Source: Candidatus Babelota bacterium (GTDB taxonomy: Bacteria; Babelota; Babeliae; Babelales; JABDEC01). Taken from it: 64,000 nucleotides of DNA. Of the stretch, positions 34,505-44,263 are shown one piece after another. Below the pieces are notes generated by a model that saw only the letters and a list, made by a program, of their open reading frames with translations, was not told the DNA's origin and did not search any database. The position numbers and the translations under genes are program-made. Location of the stretch: NCBI GenBank assembly GCA_013286795.1, contig JABDFA010000005.1, positions 10,911-74,910 of the forward strand, read 5' to 3'. The stretch's first letter is position 1. Each line of letters starts with the position of its first letter.

Positions 34505-35632
34505 TTAAATTTTATCATCTATAATTCTATTTCTATAATCCTGCATCAACTGCATCATAAAGTGTAAGTTGTGAATAGTCGCTAAAGTATAGCCCGTTAA
34601 TTCGTTAGCCTTAAAAAGATGATGTAAATATGCAAGAGAAAAATTAGTACAAGTAAAGCAGGCGCAATTTTTATCGACAGGGTTAAAATTATTTTTGTTA
34701 GCGCTACTTAAAATTTTATGAGTTCCATTCCAAGTAAAAAGTAATCCATGCCTAGCACAACGTGTAGGATGGGAACTATCCATAGTATCTATACCATTTT
34801 TGATACATTCTTCTACTGAATTAAGATCACCAATTCCCAAAAGATGATTAGGCTTTTCTTCAGGTAATAAAGGCACAACGAATTTAAGTAATTCAAAAAG
34901 CTCAGAATGATTTTTGCCTAAACTACCGCCAATTGCATGCCCATCAAAATCAAGAGAACTTAAATAAGCACAACTTTTAGCACGTAACTCCTGATTTATT
35001 CCACCATGAATAACACTATACATAGCTTGATTATTTAGATTACTTAAATGTTTTTCAAGCGAACGTTTTTCCCATCGGTGAGTTCGCTCTAAAGATTTTT
35101 TTAAATCTTCCTGGGACATATGATACGGTGGTAACTCATCTAATGGAATTATAATATCTGTACCTAGATCTTTTTGTGCCTGAACAGAAGTTTCCGGAGT
35201 TAATAAAATTAGATCACCATTTCTATATGATCTGAATAAAACACCTTCTTCAGATATTTTTACTACTGAATTATCTAATTTTTTTTGTCCCCTACTTTTA
35301 AGTTCATCTTTAACAGTACCATAAGCCAAACTAAAAACTTGAAAACCACCAGAATCGGTTATTATAGATTTTTTACGCCCCATAAACTTGTGTAGACCAC
35401 CAGCCTGCTTTATAATTTCAGTTCCTGGCTGAAGCATTAAGTGATATGTATTACAGAAAAGTAATTGAACTCCAAGATCATCAACAGTTTTACTGTCTAA
35501 AGCTTTTACAGTTGCATTAGTACCAACCGGAACAAAATTAGGAGTATCTATTATTCCATTTGGAGTATGAATTCTGCCAACTCTGGCACGAGATTTTTTT
35601 GATTTATGTAAAATTTCAAATTTAAAATGCAT
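34505..35632 (-). CDS. tgt: queuine/preQ1 tRNA-guanine transglycosylase
   Basis: 375 aa. TPNFVPVGT, TDSGGFQVFSL, zinc site CACFTC..H. Confidence 0.95.
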   Translation of the reverse strand: MHFKFEILHKSKKSRARVGRIHTPNGIIDTPNFVPVGTNATVKALDSKTVDDLGVQLLFCNTYHLMLQPGTEIIKQAGGLHKFMGRKKSIITDSGGFQVFSLAYGTVKDELKSRGQKKLDNSVVKISEEGVLFRSYRNGDLILLTPETSVQAQKDLGTDIIIPLDELPPYHMSQEDLKKSLERTHRWEKRSLEKHLSNLNNQAMYSVIHGGINQELRAKSCAYLSSLDFDGHAIGGSLGKNHSELFELLKFVVPLLPEEKPNHLLGIGDLNSVEECIKNGIDTMDSSHPTRCARHGLLFTWNGTHKILSSANKNNFNPVDKNCACFTCTNFSLAYLHHLFKANELTGYTLATIHNLHFMMQLMQDYRNRIIDDKI

Positions 35633-36284
35633 TTATAAGCCTTCTGCAAAAAGCTACCAAAGGCGCAGCCAAAATAATTGTAAGAACTTTAATTCCATAA
35701 CTAACTAGAAAAATTTGCCAGAAACCTTCTACTATCCCATATAGACCTAAAAAGCTAAATAACAATGTATCTACAAATTGGGAAATTATTAAAGAGCTAT
35801 AATTACGTAAAATAAAGTTTTTAAACTTTTCTTTAAAATAACCATATAATATTGCATCTAAATATTGGCACGCTAAATATGCAACGAGCGATGCTAAAAC
35901 TATTCGTGGTGCAAATTGCAAAAGATTTGCATAATGGGATTGCGTAAAATCAAAAATATTAGGTGCATAAACTAAATGTATCTGTGTCATTATTAGATAA
36001 AATATTAAAATAAAGAAACTTATCCAAATTGCTTTCTTAGTTATATCTTTACCAAAATATTCTTGTAGTAGATTTAAACTCAAACTGCTACCAACTGAAA
36101 AAACATCTGCACATGTAGCGCATAAACCAAATAGAATAATCTGCTTAGTTACAAAAAGATTTGAAAGTACCGCTTGAATACATAATAACGCTACCAAAGC
36201 TTCTTTGCCAATTCTGGAAGCAACTATCACAGCTATAGAAATTATAACTGCGTGAATAATAAAAATTAACTCATTTGTTAGCAT
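35622..36284 (-). CDS. yhhQ: queuosine-precursor transporter (YhhQ/DUF165 family)
   Basis: 220 aa membrane protein. C-terminal half (RIVLASLVAYLACQYLDAILYGYFK..SSLIISQFVDTLLFSFL..SYGIKVL) parallels E. coli YhhQ. Overlaps tgt. Confidence 0.7.
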   Translation of the reverse strand: MLTNELIFIIHAVIISIAVIVASRIGKEALVALLCIQAVLSNLFVTKQIILFGLCATCADVFSVGSSLSLNLLQEYFGKDITKKAIWISFFILIFYLIMTQIHLVYAPNIFDFTQSHYANLLQFAPRIVLASLVAYLACQYLDAILYGYFKEKFKNFILRNYSSLIISQFVDTLLFSFLGLYGIVEGFWQIFLVSYGIKVLTIILAAPLVAFCRRLINAF

Positions 36285-36328
36285 AAAAATTCCTACTGGA
36301 AATTAATAAGTTTTTTTAAATAACGCCT

Positions 36329-36357
36329 TTGACACCATATTTTTAAAGATGTATTCT
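36329..36357 (+). promoter_or_regulatory. sigma70-like promoter (TTGACA-17 nt-TATTCT)
   Basis: TTGACA at 36329-36334 and TATTCT at 36352-36357, 41 nt upstream of the ATG at 36398. Confidence 0.4.
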
Positions 36358-36397
36358 ATGATTATAGCGTAATTAATATCAATTTTTAAGGGGTTCC

Positions 36398-37615
36398 ATG
36401 AAATCACTAAATTTTGTAAATCAAAGTCTATTTCTTAAATTCAGCGTCTTTATATTTTTGTTCCACACTACACAATCATACAGTTCTTCAAGAATAGGCA
36501 AATGTATATCTTCTTGCTATAACCTTCTACCTGAATGGTACAAAAGAGATAAGATAGAAGCTTGCCAAATAAGAATGAATAAAGTGTATGCAACATTAAA
36601 TGAAGCAAACCCATTCCAAGAACTTGCTGAATCAGTTTTTATTTCATTTCATGGTTCTGAAGCTACGCGTGAACTTATGTTCCTACACAAATCATTACCT
36701 ATAATTAGACAACATGGTGGAGGTAGAGCATATGCATCCAAACTTAGAAACTATATAGATTCATTAAATAATATGTTAAATTCATGTAATCCTATATACA
36801 ATGAATCATTACAAGAATTTGGAATTTTAAAACAAAAAGCAGACCCTACTTTAAATAAGTTATATAACTTAGAGAATGTTTTAAAAAACAATAAAAATTA
36901 TTTTAAACTACAAAAATTTTACTCACAATTAAACTTAAAATATCAAGCTGAACTTTCTGCCTTAGATAGACTAGCTCATCCATGTAGTTCTTCTATTGCG
37001 CTTTTAATAGCAGACATAAGAAGAGTAAATAATTTTTGCTGTTACAACAGATACCCGTGCAAAGAATATTTGCAAAAAATCTATGCTGATTTGAATGACT
37101 TGGCATACAATTCTCAACAATATTCACAAAAATATCCTCAACTTGCATCTGATCTTAATAATCTATCTAATGATTTAAATACCATAAAAAACATTCTTTT
37201 GGCTGACGCAACATTCAGATTAGAATATGAAGATGAACTAAGACGCGAAAGATTATATCTTGAAGAACAAGAAAGAGCGCGTCAAGAAAGAGAACGTTTA
37301 CGTCAAATAGAAGAACGCTACAGACAACAAAGAGAAATTGACAGATTAAACAGAAAAGTAAGAAATCTTGAAACAGAAAACTTAATTTCAAACATAGCTG
37401 CTACATTCCAAAAACCTAAAACAGTATATGTTCCTGTAAAACAAGAAGTTGTTAAAGAAGTCGTTTATGTTCCTGTTAAAGAAGAGAAACCAAAACAAAC
37501 AACAACATCTGATAACAATGAAAAAGAAACTCATAATTCTTATCAAGATAAAATGAAAAGCGAAATAGTTGCAGCAAGTACAGATGATGATTTGCCACCG
37601 GCTTTCGATTACTAA
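36398..37615 (+). CDS. secreted hypothetical protein with C-terminal charged coiled coil
   Basis: Hydrophobic leader. Arg/Glu-rich heptad stretch ERARQERERLRQIEERYRQQREIDRLNRK. Distant paralog of the next gene. Confidence 0.6.
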   Translation: MKSLNFVNQSLFLKFSVFIFLFHTTQSYSSSRIGKCISSCYNLLPEWYKRDKIEACQIRMNKVYATLNEANPFQELAESVFISFHGSEATRELMFLHKSLPIIRQHGGGRAYASKLRNYIDSLNNMLNSCNPIYNESLQEFGILKQKADPTLNKLYNLENVLKNNKNYFKLQKFYSQLNLKYQAELSALDRLAHPCSSSIALLIADIRRVNNFCCYNRYPCKEYLQKIYADLNDLAYNSQQYSQKYPQLASDLNNLSNDLNTIKNILLADATFRLEYEDELRRERLYLEEQERARQERERLRQIEERYRQQREIDRLNRKVRNLETENLISNIAATFQKPKTVYVPVKQEVVKEVVYVPVKEEKPKQTTTSDNNEKETHNSYQDKMKSEIVAASTDDDLPPAFDY

Positions 37616-37709
37616 TACCTTATCTTTCTATATTCAGACATCATAAAAACTGATATACTTATTAACAAGTTTTATAAGATAAGAAAAAATATAGAGATAA
37701 GGGAAAAAA

Positions 37710-38834
37710 ATGAAAATTGTAAATACTACAAAAAAAATTGTTTTAATAAAACTTGGTTTACTTATTTGTGCATCATCTTTTACATCCAAAACAAAGAGTG
37801 TTACTTCTGAAGAGGCTTTCATAGGTGGCTGTGCGATAGTTGCAACTGTTGCTGTAGGCACAATAGTTTATTACAGGCTAAATCCTTCTATTAACACGAT
37901 AAAAGCTAAATCAGTTGAAAGCCTACAAAAAGCAATTGCTTATGATTCTACAATTCAAATTTTAAACAGAAAATATAATATAAATTATTTATCACCTTTG
38001 GATCAAAGAAAAGTAGTTGATACAATTGACGAATATACTTTAAATGATTTATATTTTCATGTTAATTCAGCAAGCTCTCCTGAAAACTATCTCTCTAAAC
38101 TTCATTATTTATTAGAAGATTTAAGATATTGCCAAGAAAAAATTGAAAGTAAATTTAGAGGTTCCAATAATATTTCTGAACTTGAAGGTAATATACTTAG
38201 AGAGCTTTTATCTAAAACTAAAAGATCAATCAATGAATTAGGGTTTTTAAATTTGTATGTCAGCTCACATCTTAGTTTCTTTAAATTACAATCAACCTTC
38301 TCTAATTTAAGTCAAAAATTTAATATTGAAATAAATATTATAAATAAATATCCTGGTTATCAAAAAAATTTAACATATAACCCTTTGGTTGAAGAAATTA
38401 AAGCTTCTATTCGAGGTAAATATTTTAATGAACTTTATCCTCTAACAAGGTTCGTAAATGATGTTAATATCGATTTAAATAAGCTAGATAATGAAACAAA
38501 CAAATTAGTTTATAATTACACTTTTATCAAAAACTTATCTTATAAATTAAAATCAGAATTAACATTCATCAAATCCTGTGTTACTGGAAGCACAGAATAT
38601 TTAAATGAAAAACAAATGCAAGAAAATGCTAGAAAAGAAAAAGAAAAATTGGCTTTAAAGGAAAGAGAAGTTCAAGCTAAAGAAGTAGAAGCTAAGGCTA
38701 AAAAACAAGAAGCTGAGGCTAGAGAACGTCAGGCAGAAGCTAAAGAGCTTGAATTGCAAATCAAACAACAAGAACTTGCCCTTAAAGAACAAGAATTAAG
38801 AGATAGGCAACAAGCAAATCAAGTTCAAGGGTAA
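37710..38834 (+). CDS. secreted hypothetical protein with C-terminal charged coiled coil
   Basis: Leader IVLIKLGLLICASSF. C-terminal KEKEKLALKEREVQAKEVEAKAKKQEAEARERQAEAKELELQIKQQE. Shares FFKLQ(S/K)..(S/L)N..(K)(F/Y) words with the preceding gene. Confidence 0.6.
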   Translation: MKIVNTTKKIVLIKLGLLICASSFTSKTKSVTSEEAFIGGCAIVATVAVGTIVYYRLNPSINTIKAKSVESLQKAIAYDSTIQILNRKYNINYLSPLDQRKVVDTIDEYTLNDLYFHVNSASSPENYLSKLHYLLEDLRYCQEKIESKFRGSNNISELEGNILRELLSKTKRSINELGFLNLYVSSHLSFFKLQSTFSNLSQKFNIEINIINKYPGYQKNLTYNPLVEEIKASIRGKYFNELYPLTRFVNDVNIDLNKLDNETNKLVYNYTFIKNLSYKLKSELTFIKSCVTGSTEYLNEKQMQENARKEKEKLALKEREVQAKEVEAKAKKQEAEARERQAEAKELELQIKQQELALKEQELRDRQQANQVQG

Positions 38835-38835
38835 G

Positions 38836-40011
38836 CTATTGCTCTGCAGCTTCTTTTTCTTGAGGTTGATCATAAAGATAGCCTGAAACAATTTCTGCTA
38901 TACCTGGTATAAGAGGTGTCGCTTGAAGTACTCTTTCTACAGTTGATTGTTTAAGTTTCTTTTGTGCTTCACAAGCAGAAAATGCTGGATTTTGACATTC
39001 CAAATATTCAATTATGCGGTTTAAATTGCTTAAAGGTACACCATTGATTTTAACTACATTAAAATCTCTTATACGTACTGCATGGCGTGTTTTAAAAAAT
39101 TTCGCTTCAGCTAGAGCATTTCGTCCCTCTTTATTTTTTATGTATAAATCAGCACCATGCTCAACTAAAAATATAACGCTTTTTAATCTACTTCCAGCTG
39201 CCGCTTCAATTAAAGGTGTATTTCCTTTTTCATTGATCATATCTATATCATAACCTTGCTTGAAGAGTCTATCAGCAATCTCAGGACTAGACCCATAAAG
39301 CTTCACTATTGTATTGTTACTTAGTTCTTTTAATACTAATTCATTAAAAAATGTCTCTACCTCTTTTTTGTTATTACTTCCACTTCCACATATCGTTTTA
39401 CAGAATATTTCACGCTTTTCATCTCTTAGTCCATGTTTCCTTAACATTCTATATACATCAAACGAATTACCTTTGCATGACAATACTCCAGAAAGTATAA
39501 AATACCTCCTCAATATATTAGGATCTACTCCTTTTATAAGTAAAACTTCTAAATTAGAAATATCTCCCTTTTCTATTAAATCACATAAATATTTTGTTAT
39601 GACAGCTTGATCAATATGTTTTAATAATAGCTTTATAATAAGATCATTATTAGTGCTTATTGCCTTAACTAAATGCTTCTCAAAAATTTTAGCACCACCT
39701 TCTACTATTTTTTTTACATTTTCTAATTTTTCTTCTTTTATAGAATTATAAAGTTCATTCATACCTAATGAAATTTCTAAATCTAATAATTTTTCTTCTA
39801 ATTGTTCTAAATAACTATTTATTCGCTTCCTGCTTATTTCATCAATATCGGGGGCTAGCGACAAAGCACGTACCTCATCTATTTGCGCACGTATTATCTC
39901 TAACATTTGAATATTATTACTACCAATCTCATCATTATTCATCTCTATTGCAAAAACAGATGTAAAAAAAGTAAATAAGCTCAGAATTATCAAATTATTC
40001 TTAAAATTCAT
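38836..40011 (-). CDS. secreted ankyrin-repeat protein with C-terminal IPGIAEIVSGY motif
   Basis: Leader NLIILSLFTFFTSVFA. Ankyrin unit GNTPLIEAAAGSRLKSVIFLVEHGADLYIKNKEGRNAL. C-terminal motif PLIPGIAEIVSGYLYD. Confidence 0.8.
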   Translation of the reverse strand: MNFKNNLIILSLFTFFTSVFAIEMNNDEIGSNNIQMLEIIRAQIDEVRALSLAPDIDEISRKRINSYLEQLEEKLLDLEISLGMNELYNSIKEEKLENVKKIVEGGAKIFEKHLVKAISTNNDLIIKLLLKHIDQAVITKYLCDLIEKGDISNLEVLLIKGVDPNILRRYFILSGVLSCKGNSFDVYRMLRKHGLRDEKREIFCKTICGSGSNNKKEVETFFNELVLKELSNNTIVKLYGSSPEIADRLFKQGYDIDMINEKGNTPLIEAAAGSRLKSVIFLVEHGADLYIKNKEGRNALAEAKFFKTRHAVRIRDFNVVKINGVPLSNLNRIIEYLECQNPAFSACEAQKKLKQSTVERVLQATPLIPGIAEIVSGYLYDQPQEKEAAEQ

Positions 40012-40092
40012 AAAACCCCCAAATTAAAAGCAATTGTTAACTATATATTAAAGATATAATAATACAAACAGAATAAAAACGCAAGCGTTATT

Positions 40093-41082
40093 TTAATCCA
40101 ATAATGGATATTCTTTAAACCCAATTAATTGGCATTCAGGCTTGGGAACAATACCATATTGATCCTTAACCATCTGCTGAATTTGTCTTACAAGCGTAAT
40201 AATATCTGTAGTAGTTGCTGCACCTAAATTAACGATCATATTAGCATGCTGATAAGATACTATCGCATCTCCAACTCTTAACATACCCTTAATACCTATT
40301 TTATCAAGATAGTAAGCAACATGAATCATTTTTTTGCCGCCACTTTCAAGAGTTACTTCATCCTCATAAAAGTTTCTGAAAAAACTTCCACATGTTCCTT
40401 TATTAGGATATCTTTTAACACGATGTCTAATTATTTCATCACGTCTGCCCTTTGCATATGCAATTTTAAAAATATCTGCATTTTTTAATTTAAAAGTAGC
40501 ATCAATTAAGTAATATTGTTTAGATTGTAAGGTAGAATTGTTATAACCAAAGTTAAACCATGCATTATCTACCATTAGTATCTTACCTGTAGATTTTTCA
40601 ATTACAGTAGCACTGTGTAAAAATTGACTCAATAGAAACTCAAAATAATGAATGTTAATATAAACAGAGCCACCAACGGTTCCAGGAATTCCACTAAACT
40701 CTTCAAGGCCAATTAGATTATTTTCTAAACATTTATTGATTAAGTCTTGAAAAACAACTCCAGAAGCAGCAGTTATTAAACTATATTCATCATCAAAATC
40801 CTTTATTGAGATGTATTTTAATTGGGGTTTAATAACAAGGCCATCAAAATCTTTATCATTTATTAAAATATTTGCGCCTTGACCTAAAACAAAAACTTTG
40901 TGATTGTTTTTTTTTGCAAAATCCAGAGCAAAAATAAAACCATCTATATCAGATGGCTCGACATAATAACTAGCATTACCCCCTGTAAAAAACCAATTCT
41001 TATCTTTAAGGGAAACTTTTTCTTGAATTAATGGAACATTATAAAAGTCTGAAATAATATTTTTTAAAATATCTAACGACAT
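40093..41082 (-). CDS. murB: UDP-N-acetylenolpyruvoylglucosamine reductase
   Basis: 329 aa FAD-binding type. FTGGNASYYVEP, VLGQGANILI, GIPGTVGGSVYINI. Confidence 0.9.
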   Translation of the reverse strand: MSLDILKNIISDFYNVPLIQEKVSLKDKNWFFTGGNASYYVEPSDIDGFIFALDFAKKNNHKVFVLGQGANILINDKDFDGLVIKPQLKYISIKDFDDEYSLITAASGVVFQDLINKCLENNLIGLEEFSGIPGTVGGSVYINIHYFEFLLSQFLHSATVIEKSTGKILMVDNAWFNFGYNNSTLQSKQYYLIDATFKLKNADIFKIAYAKGRRDEIIRHRVKRYPNKGTCGSFFRNFYEDEVTLESGGKKMIHVAYYLDKIGIKGMLRVGDAIVSYQHANMIVNLGAATTTDIITLVRQIQQMVKDQYGIVPKPECQLIGFKEYPLLD

Positions 41083-41086
41083 AATA

Positions 41087-42040
41087 TTAGATTTCTACCT
41101 TCTTAAAATATGGACGTACATTTACTTTGCCACTATTAATCAACTCAGCACACTCTGTACTGCAAGTAGATCCTAAGTTTTGTAAACATTCCTTGCAACA
41201 TATAAAATGCCTATTACAAACAGCATTCAAACAATTTTGATATTCATCACATTGGACACCACAAATAAAACAATTACCAAGAACATCATTATTTACTTTA
41301 ACCGTTACTCTTCCATCAAATACATAATTTTTGCCCCTAAAATAGCCTTCAGGATACTGCTCAATATACCTATGAATTCCACCATTTATTTGATATACCT
41401 CTTTTGCTACATTTTTTAATTTTAAATATGAAGATGCTCGCTCACAACGAATTCCACCTGTACAATACATCAATACATTTTTATCTTTAAAAATTTCAAT
41501 GTTTTTATCAATATACTGTGGAAACTCTCTAAAATATTTAATATCAGGTTTCATAGAATTCTCAAATGCACCCACAGCAGATTCATAATTATTGCGTGCG
41601 TCTAAAATTATCAGATCTCTACCTTTTTCTGATATCATACTATGAGCTTCTTGAGGCGTTAAATGTTTACCGCCATTCTTTGCATTAACAACTTTTTTAT
41701 CTATATTTAGATTAACTATTTCATCTTTAACAACTACACGCAATTTTTCAAAGCATACTCCTTCTACTCTACTTTCTTTAAAATCCACATCAAAGAAATA
41801 TTGGTTAGTTTTCATAGTCTCTACATATAATTTACAACCCTGACTAGATCCGCCTAGGGTACCATTAATTCCTTCAGTTGCAATGATTATACGGCCCTTT
41901 AAATCAAGATCTGTACAAAGTTTTTTTTGCCATTTAAGAATTTCTTGTGGTCTTTCTATTTCGACATATTTGTAAAAAAGCAATACTTTTTCCATATCTT
42001 TAGTTTTCATTAAATTATTCAAAATCTTGACTATATACAA
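41087..42040 (-). CDS. trhO: rhodanese-domain tRNA U34 hydroxylase TrhO (YceA/UPF0176)
   Basis: LLFYKYVEI..LKGRIIIATEGINGTLGG, rhodanese loop CTGGIRCE, C-terminal Cys cluster. The true start may be the internal MEKVLLFYKY. Confidence 0.8.
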   Translation of the reverse strand: MYIVKILNNLMKTKDMEKVLLFYKYVEIERPQEILKWQKKLCTDLDLKGRIIIATEGINGTLGGSSQGCKLYVETMKTNQYFFDVDFKESRVEGVCFEKLRVVVKDEIVNLNIDKKVVNAKNGGKHLTPQEAHSMISEKGRDLIILDARNNYESAVGAFENSMKPDIKYFREFPQYIDKNIEIFKDKNVLMYCTGGIRCERASSYLKLKNVAKEVYQINGGIHRYIEQYPEGYFRGKNYVFDGRVTVKVNNDVLGNCFICGVQCDEYQNCLNAVCNRHFICCKECLQNLGSTCSTECAELINSGKVNVRPYFKKVEI

Positions 42041-42065
42041 TCAAAATACATAACCTCTTTTTATT

Positions 42066-42428
42066 ATGGAAATATTAATAAAAAATTTAGACCTTATGTT
42101 CTGGATAATAAAAGAGATTTTAGAGTTCATAGGAGTTCTTTTAATTACATTCGGGAGTTTAACTGCCCTATATACATACATTATAGATCTTTTCTACAGA
42201 AAAACAAATAAACTACTAGCTTTTTATAGGCTACGAGTAAGTATAGGAAATTATATAATTACAGGCCTGGAAATGACCATAGCTGCTGATATAGTAGGTA
42301 CTTCTATAAATCAAACATATTATAGCCTAGGAATACTAGCTTTACTAGTTTTACTAAGAGCCTCCATAAGCTTTCTAATTGAAAGAGAAAATAGCTCTAT
42401 TCCCTTAGAATTCAAGCAAAAAATCTAA
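42066..42428 (+). CDS. small membrane protein (DUF1622-like)
   Basis: 120 aa, 3-4 TM segments. RLRVSIGNYIITGLEMTIAADIVGT resembles DUF1622 as I remember it. Confidence 0.5.
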   Translation: MEILIKNLDLMFWIIKEILEFIGVLLITFGSLTALYTYIIDLFYRKTNKLLAFYRLRVSIGNYIITGLEMTIAADIVGTSINQTYYSLGILALLVLLRASISFLIERENSSIPLEFKQKI

Positions 42429-42502
42429 TTTTTAGATGATAATTCTCCTAAATCTATAGTTTTTTACTACGAACCCAAAAATACCCATATTTAAAGGATA
42501 AT

Positions 42503-42531
42503 TTGACAAGTCTTTGACTATTTGATAATTT
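42503..42531 (+). promoter_or_regulatory. sigma70-like promoter (TTGACA, extended -10 TGaTAATTT)
   Basis: TTGACA at 42503-42508 and tgataattt at 42523-42531, ~45 nt upstream of the ATG at 42576. Confidence 0.4.
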
Positions 42532-42575
42532 ATATACATGATCTATAATTTAAAGATATAAATAAGGGGTAAAAT

Positions 42576-44249
42576 ATGAAAATTTCATTAAAACAGGTTC
42601 TTTTATTATTAATCATGTCATCTGCTACAAGTGTATTACCTTTTGGTAAAGGAATAAAAGAAGTCAATGCATCAGAACAGAAAGAAGAAAGAGATAATAA
42701 AGAACTCTTTGATTTAGAGTTCCCTCAAAAAGTTAGAAAAACTCAATCCATTAATATAAATGAAACAGAAACTTTATCCTGCTCTACTTTTGCAGAATTA
42801 ATTCAAGATCAAACTAAATTAAATGAATCTTTTATTCTTGCTAGAGTTGCTACTAAAAAAAATGATAAAGAGTTTTTTGTGCATTATTTCGATGCCCATC
42901 TTTTAAATAGACATTTATTTGGAAAATATCCTATCCAGAACAACAATAGACAATTAATAAATCCTATAAACAAATTGCAAATCACTATAATTGAATATTT
43001 TACAATAAGCAAAGATGAACAAACCTTTAAGTATTTATGTTCTCATCATGATCTTTTTGGTGACGGCTCTGAAGAGCTATTAAATTATTTTTATTTAAAT
43101 TCTAATGATTTAGAACTTTGTATCAGACAATATAACAAATATGTAAATATAAAAGATTATCCAAAAATTAAACAGTATGCAGAAATATTATCTACCCCTA
43201 AAGTTAAAAATGTTAATTTAGAAGTTTGGGCTAATGCAATTTGTGATTTAGGTGAAATTTACTATCTTCGTCATGTCTTAGATAAACCTAATTACCAAAA
43301 AGCTAAAGAATTTTTTGAACTTGTTTCTACACCAGAAGTAAAGAATGTTAATTTACAAACTTGGGCTTACGCAACTAGTCATTTAGGTGAAATTTACTAT
43401 TTTGGTGATGGCTTAGATAGACCTAATTATCAGAAAGCTAAAGAACTTTTTGAACTTATTTCTACACCAGAAGTAAAGAATGTTCATTTACAAACTTGGA
43501 CTTACGCAACTTGCAAATTAGGTGAAATTTATTATTTTGGTCGCGGCTTAGAAAGATCTAATCACCAGAAGGCTAAAGAACTCTTTGAACTTATTTCTAC
43601 ACCAGAAGTAAAGAATGTTCATTTACAAACTTGGGCTTACGCAATTAATCTTTTAGGTGAAATTTACTATTTTGGTAAAGGTTTAGATAGACCTAATTAT
43701 CAGAAAGCTAAAGAACTTTTTGAACTCATTTCTACACCAGAAGTAAAGAATGCTGATTTATACGTTTGGGCTAATGCAACTTGCAAATTAGGTCAAATTT
43801 ACTATTTTGTTGATGGTTTAGAAAGATCTAATCACCAGAAGGCTAAAGAACTCTTTGAACTTATTTCTACACCAGAAGTAAAGAATGTTCATTTACAAAC
43901 TTGGGCTTACGCAATTAATCGTTTAGGTGAAATTTACTATTTTGGTAAAGGTTTAGATAGACCTAATTATCAGAAAGCTAAAGAACTTTTTGAACTTATT
44001 TCTACACCAGAAGTAAAGAATGCTGATTTATACGTTTGGGCTAATGCAACTTGCAAATTAGGTCAAATTTACTATTTTGGTGATGGTTTAGATAGGCCTA
44101 ATTATCAGAAAGCTAAAGAACTTTTTGAACTTATTTCTACACCAGAAGGAAAGAATGTTAATTTAGAAGCTTGGCAACTAGCAAAAACTAAACTTGAAGA
44201 AATAGAAAAGCTTAACAAAGAAGAATCAGCCGATTTAGTCGCAATATAG
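42576..44249 (+). CDS. secreted Sel1-like repeat protein with unassigned N-terminal domain
   Basis: Signal peptide MKISLKQVLLLLIMSSATS. ~140-aa N-terminal domain. Then 7-8 units of 45 aa (STPEVKNVxLQTWAYAxxxLGEIYYFGxGLDRPNYQKAKELFELI), a Sel1/TPR-like pattern. Confidence 0.8.
   Translation: MKISLKQVLLLLIMSSATSVLPFGKGIKEVNASEQKEERDNKELFDLEFPQKVRKTQSININETETLSCSTFAELIQDQTKLNESFILARVATKKNDKEFFVHYFDAHLLNRHLFGKYPIQNNNRQLINPINKLQITIIEYFTISKDEQTFKYLCSHHDLFGDGSEELLNYFYLNSNDLELCIRQYNKYVNIKDYPKIKQYAEILSTPKVKNVNLEVWANAICDLGEIYYLRHVLDKPNYQKAKEFFELVSTPEVKNVNLQTWAYATSHLGEIYYFGDGLDRPNYQKAKELFELISTPEVKNVHLQTWTYATCKLGEIYYFGRGLERSNHQKAKELFELISTPEVKNVHLQTWAYAINLLGEIYYFGKGLDRPNYQKAKELFELISTPEVKNADLYVWANATCKLGQIYYFVDGLERSNHQKAKELFELISTPEVKNVHLQTWAYAINRLGEIYYFGKGLDRPNYQKAKELFELISTPEVKNADLYVWANATCKLGQIYYFGDGLDRPNYQKAKELFELISTPEGKNVNLEAWQLAKTKLEEIEKLNKEESADLVAI
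43161..44180 (+). repeat. in-frame 135-bp tandem repeat array (Sel1-like units), including a 270-bp near-identical duplication
   Basis: The STPEVKNV word recurs every 45 codons. 43551-43820 and 43821-44090 differ at 3 positions. Confidence 0.9.
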
Positions 44250-44263
44250 GAGGTTATAAAAAT

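Noticed and set aside
37634-37861. 75-aa minus-strand ORF overlapping the start of the 37710 gene. Other short overlapping ORFs lie at 28115..28408, 33814..34011, 39014..39253, 39314..39610 and 39768..39965.
   Set aside because: They are antisense to better-supported genes, have hydrophobic/low-complexity AT-driven translations, and show no ribosome-binding sites.
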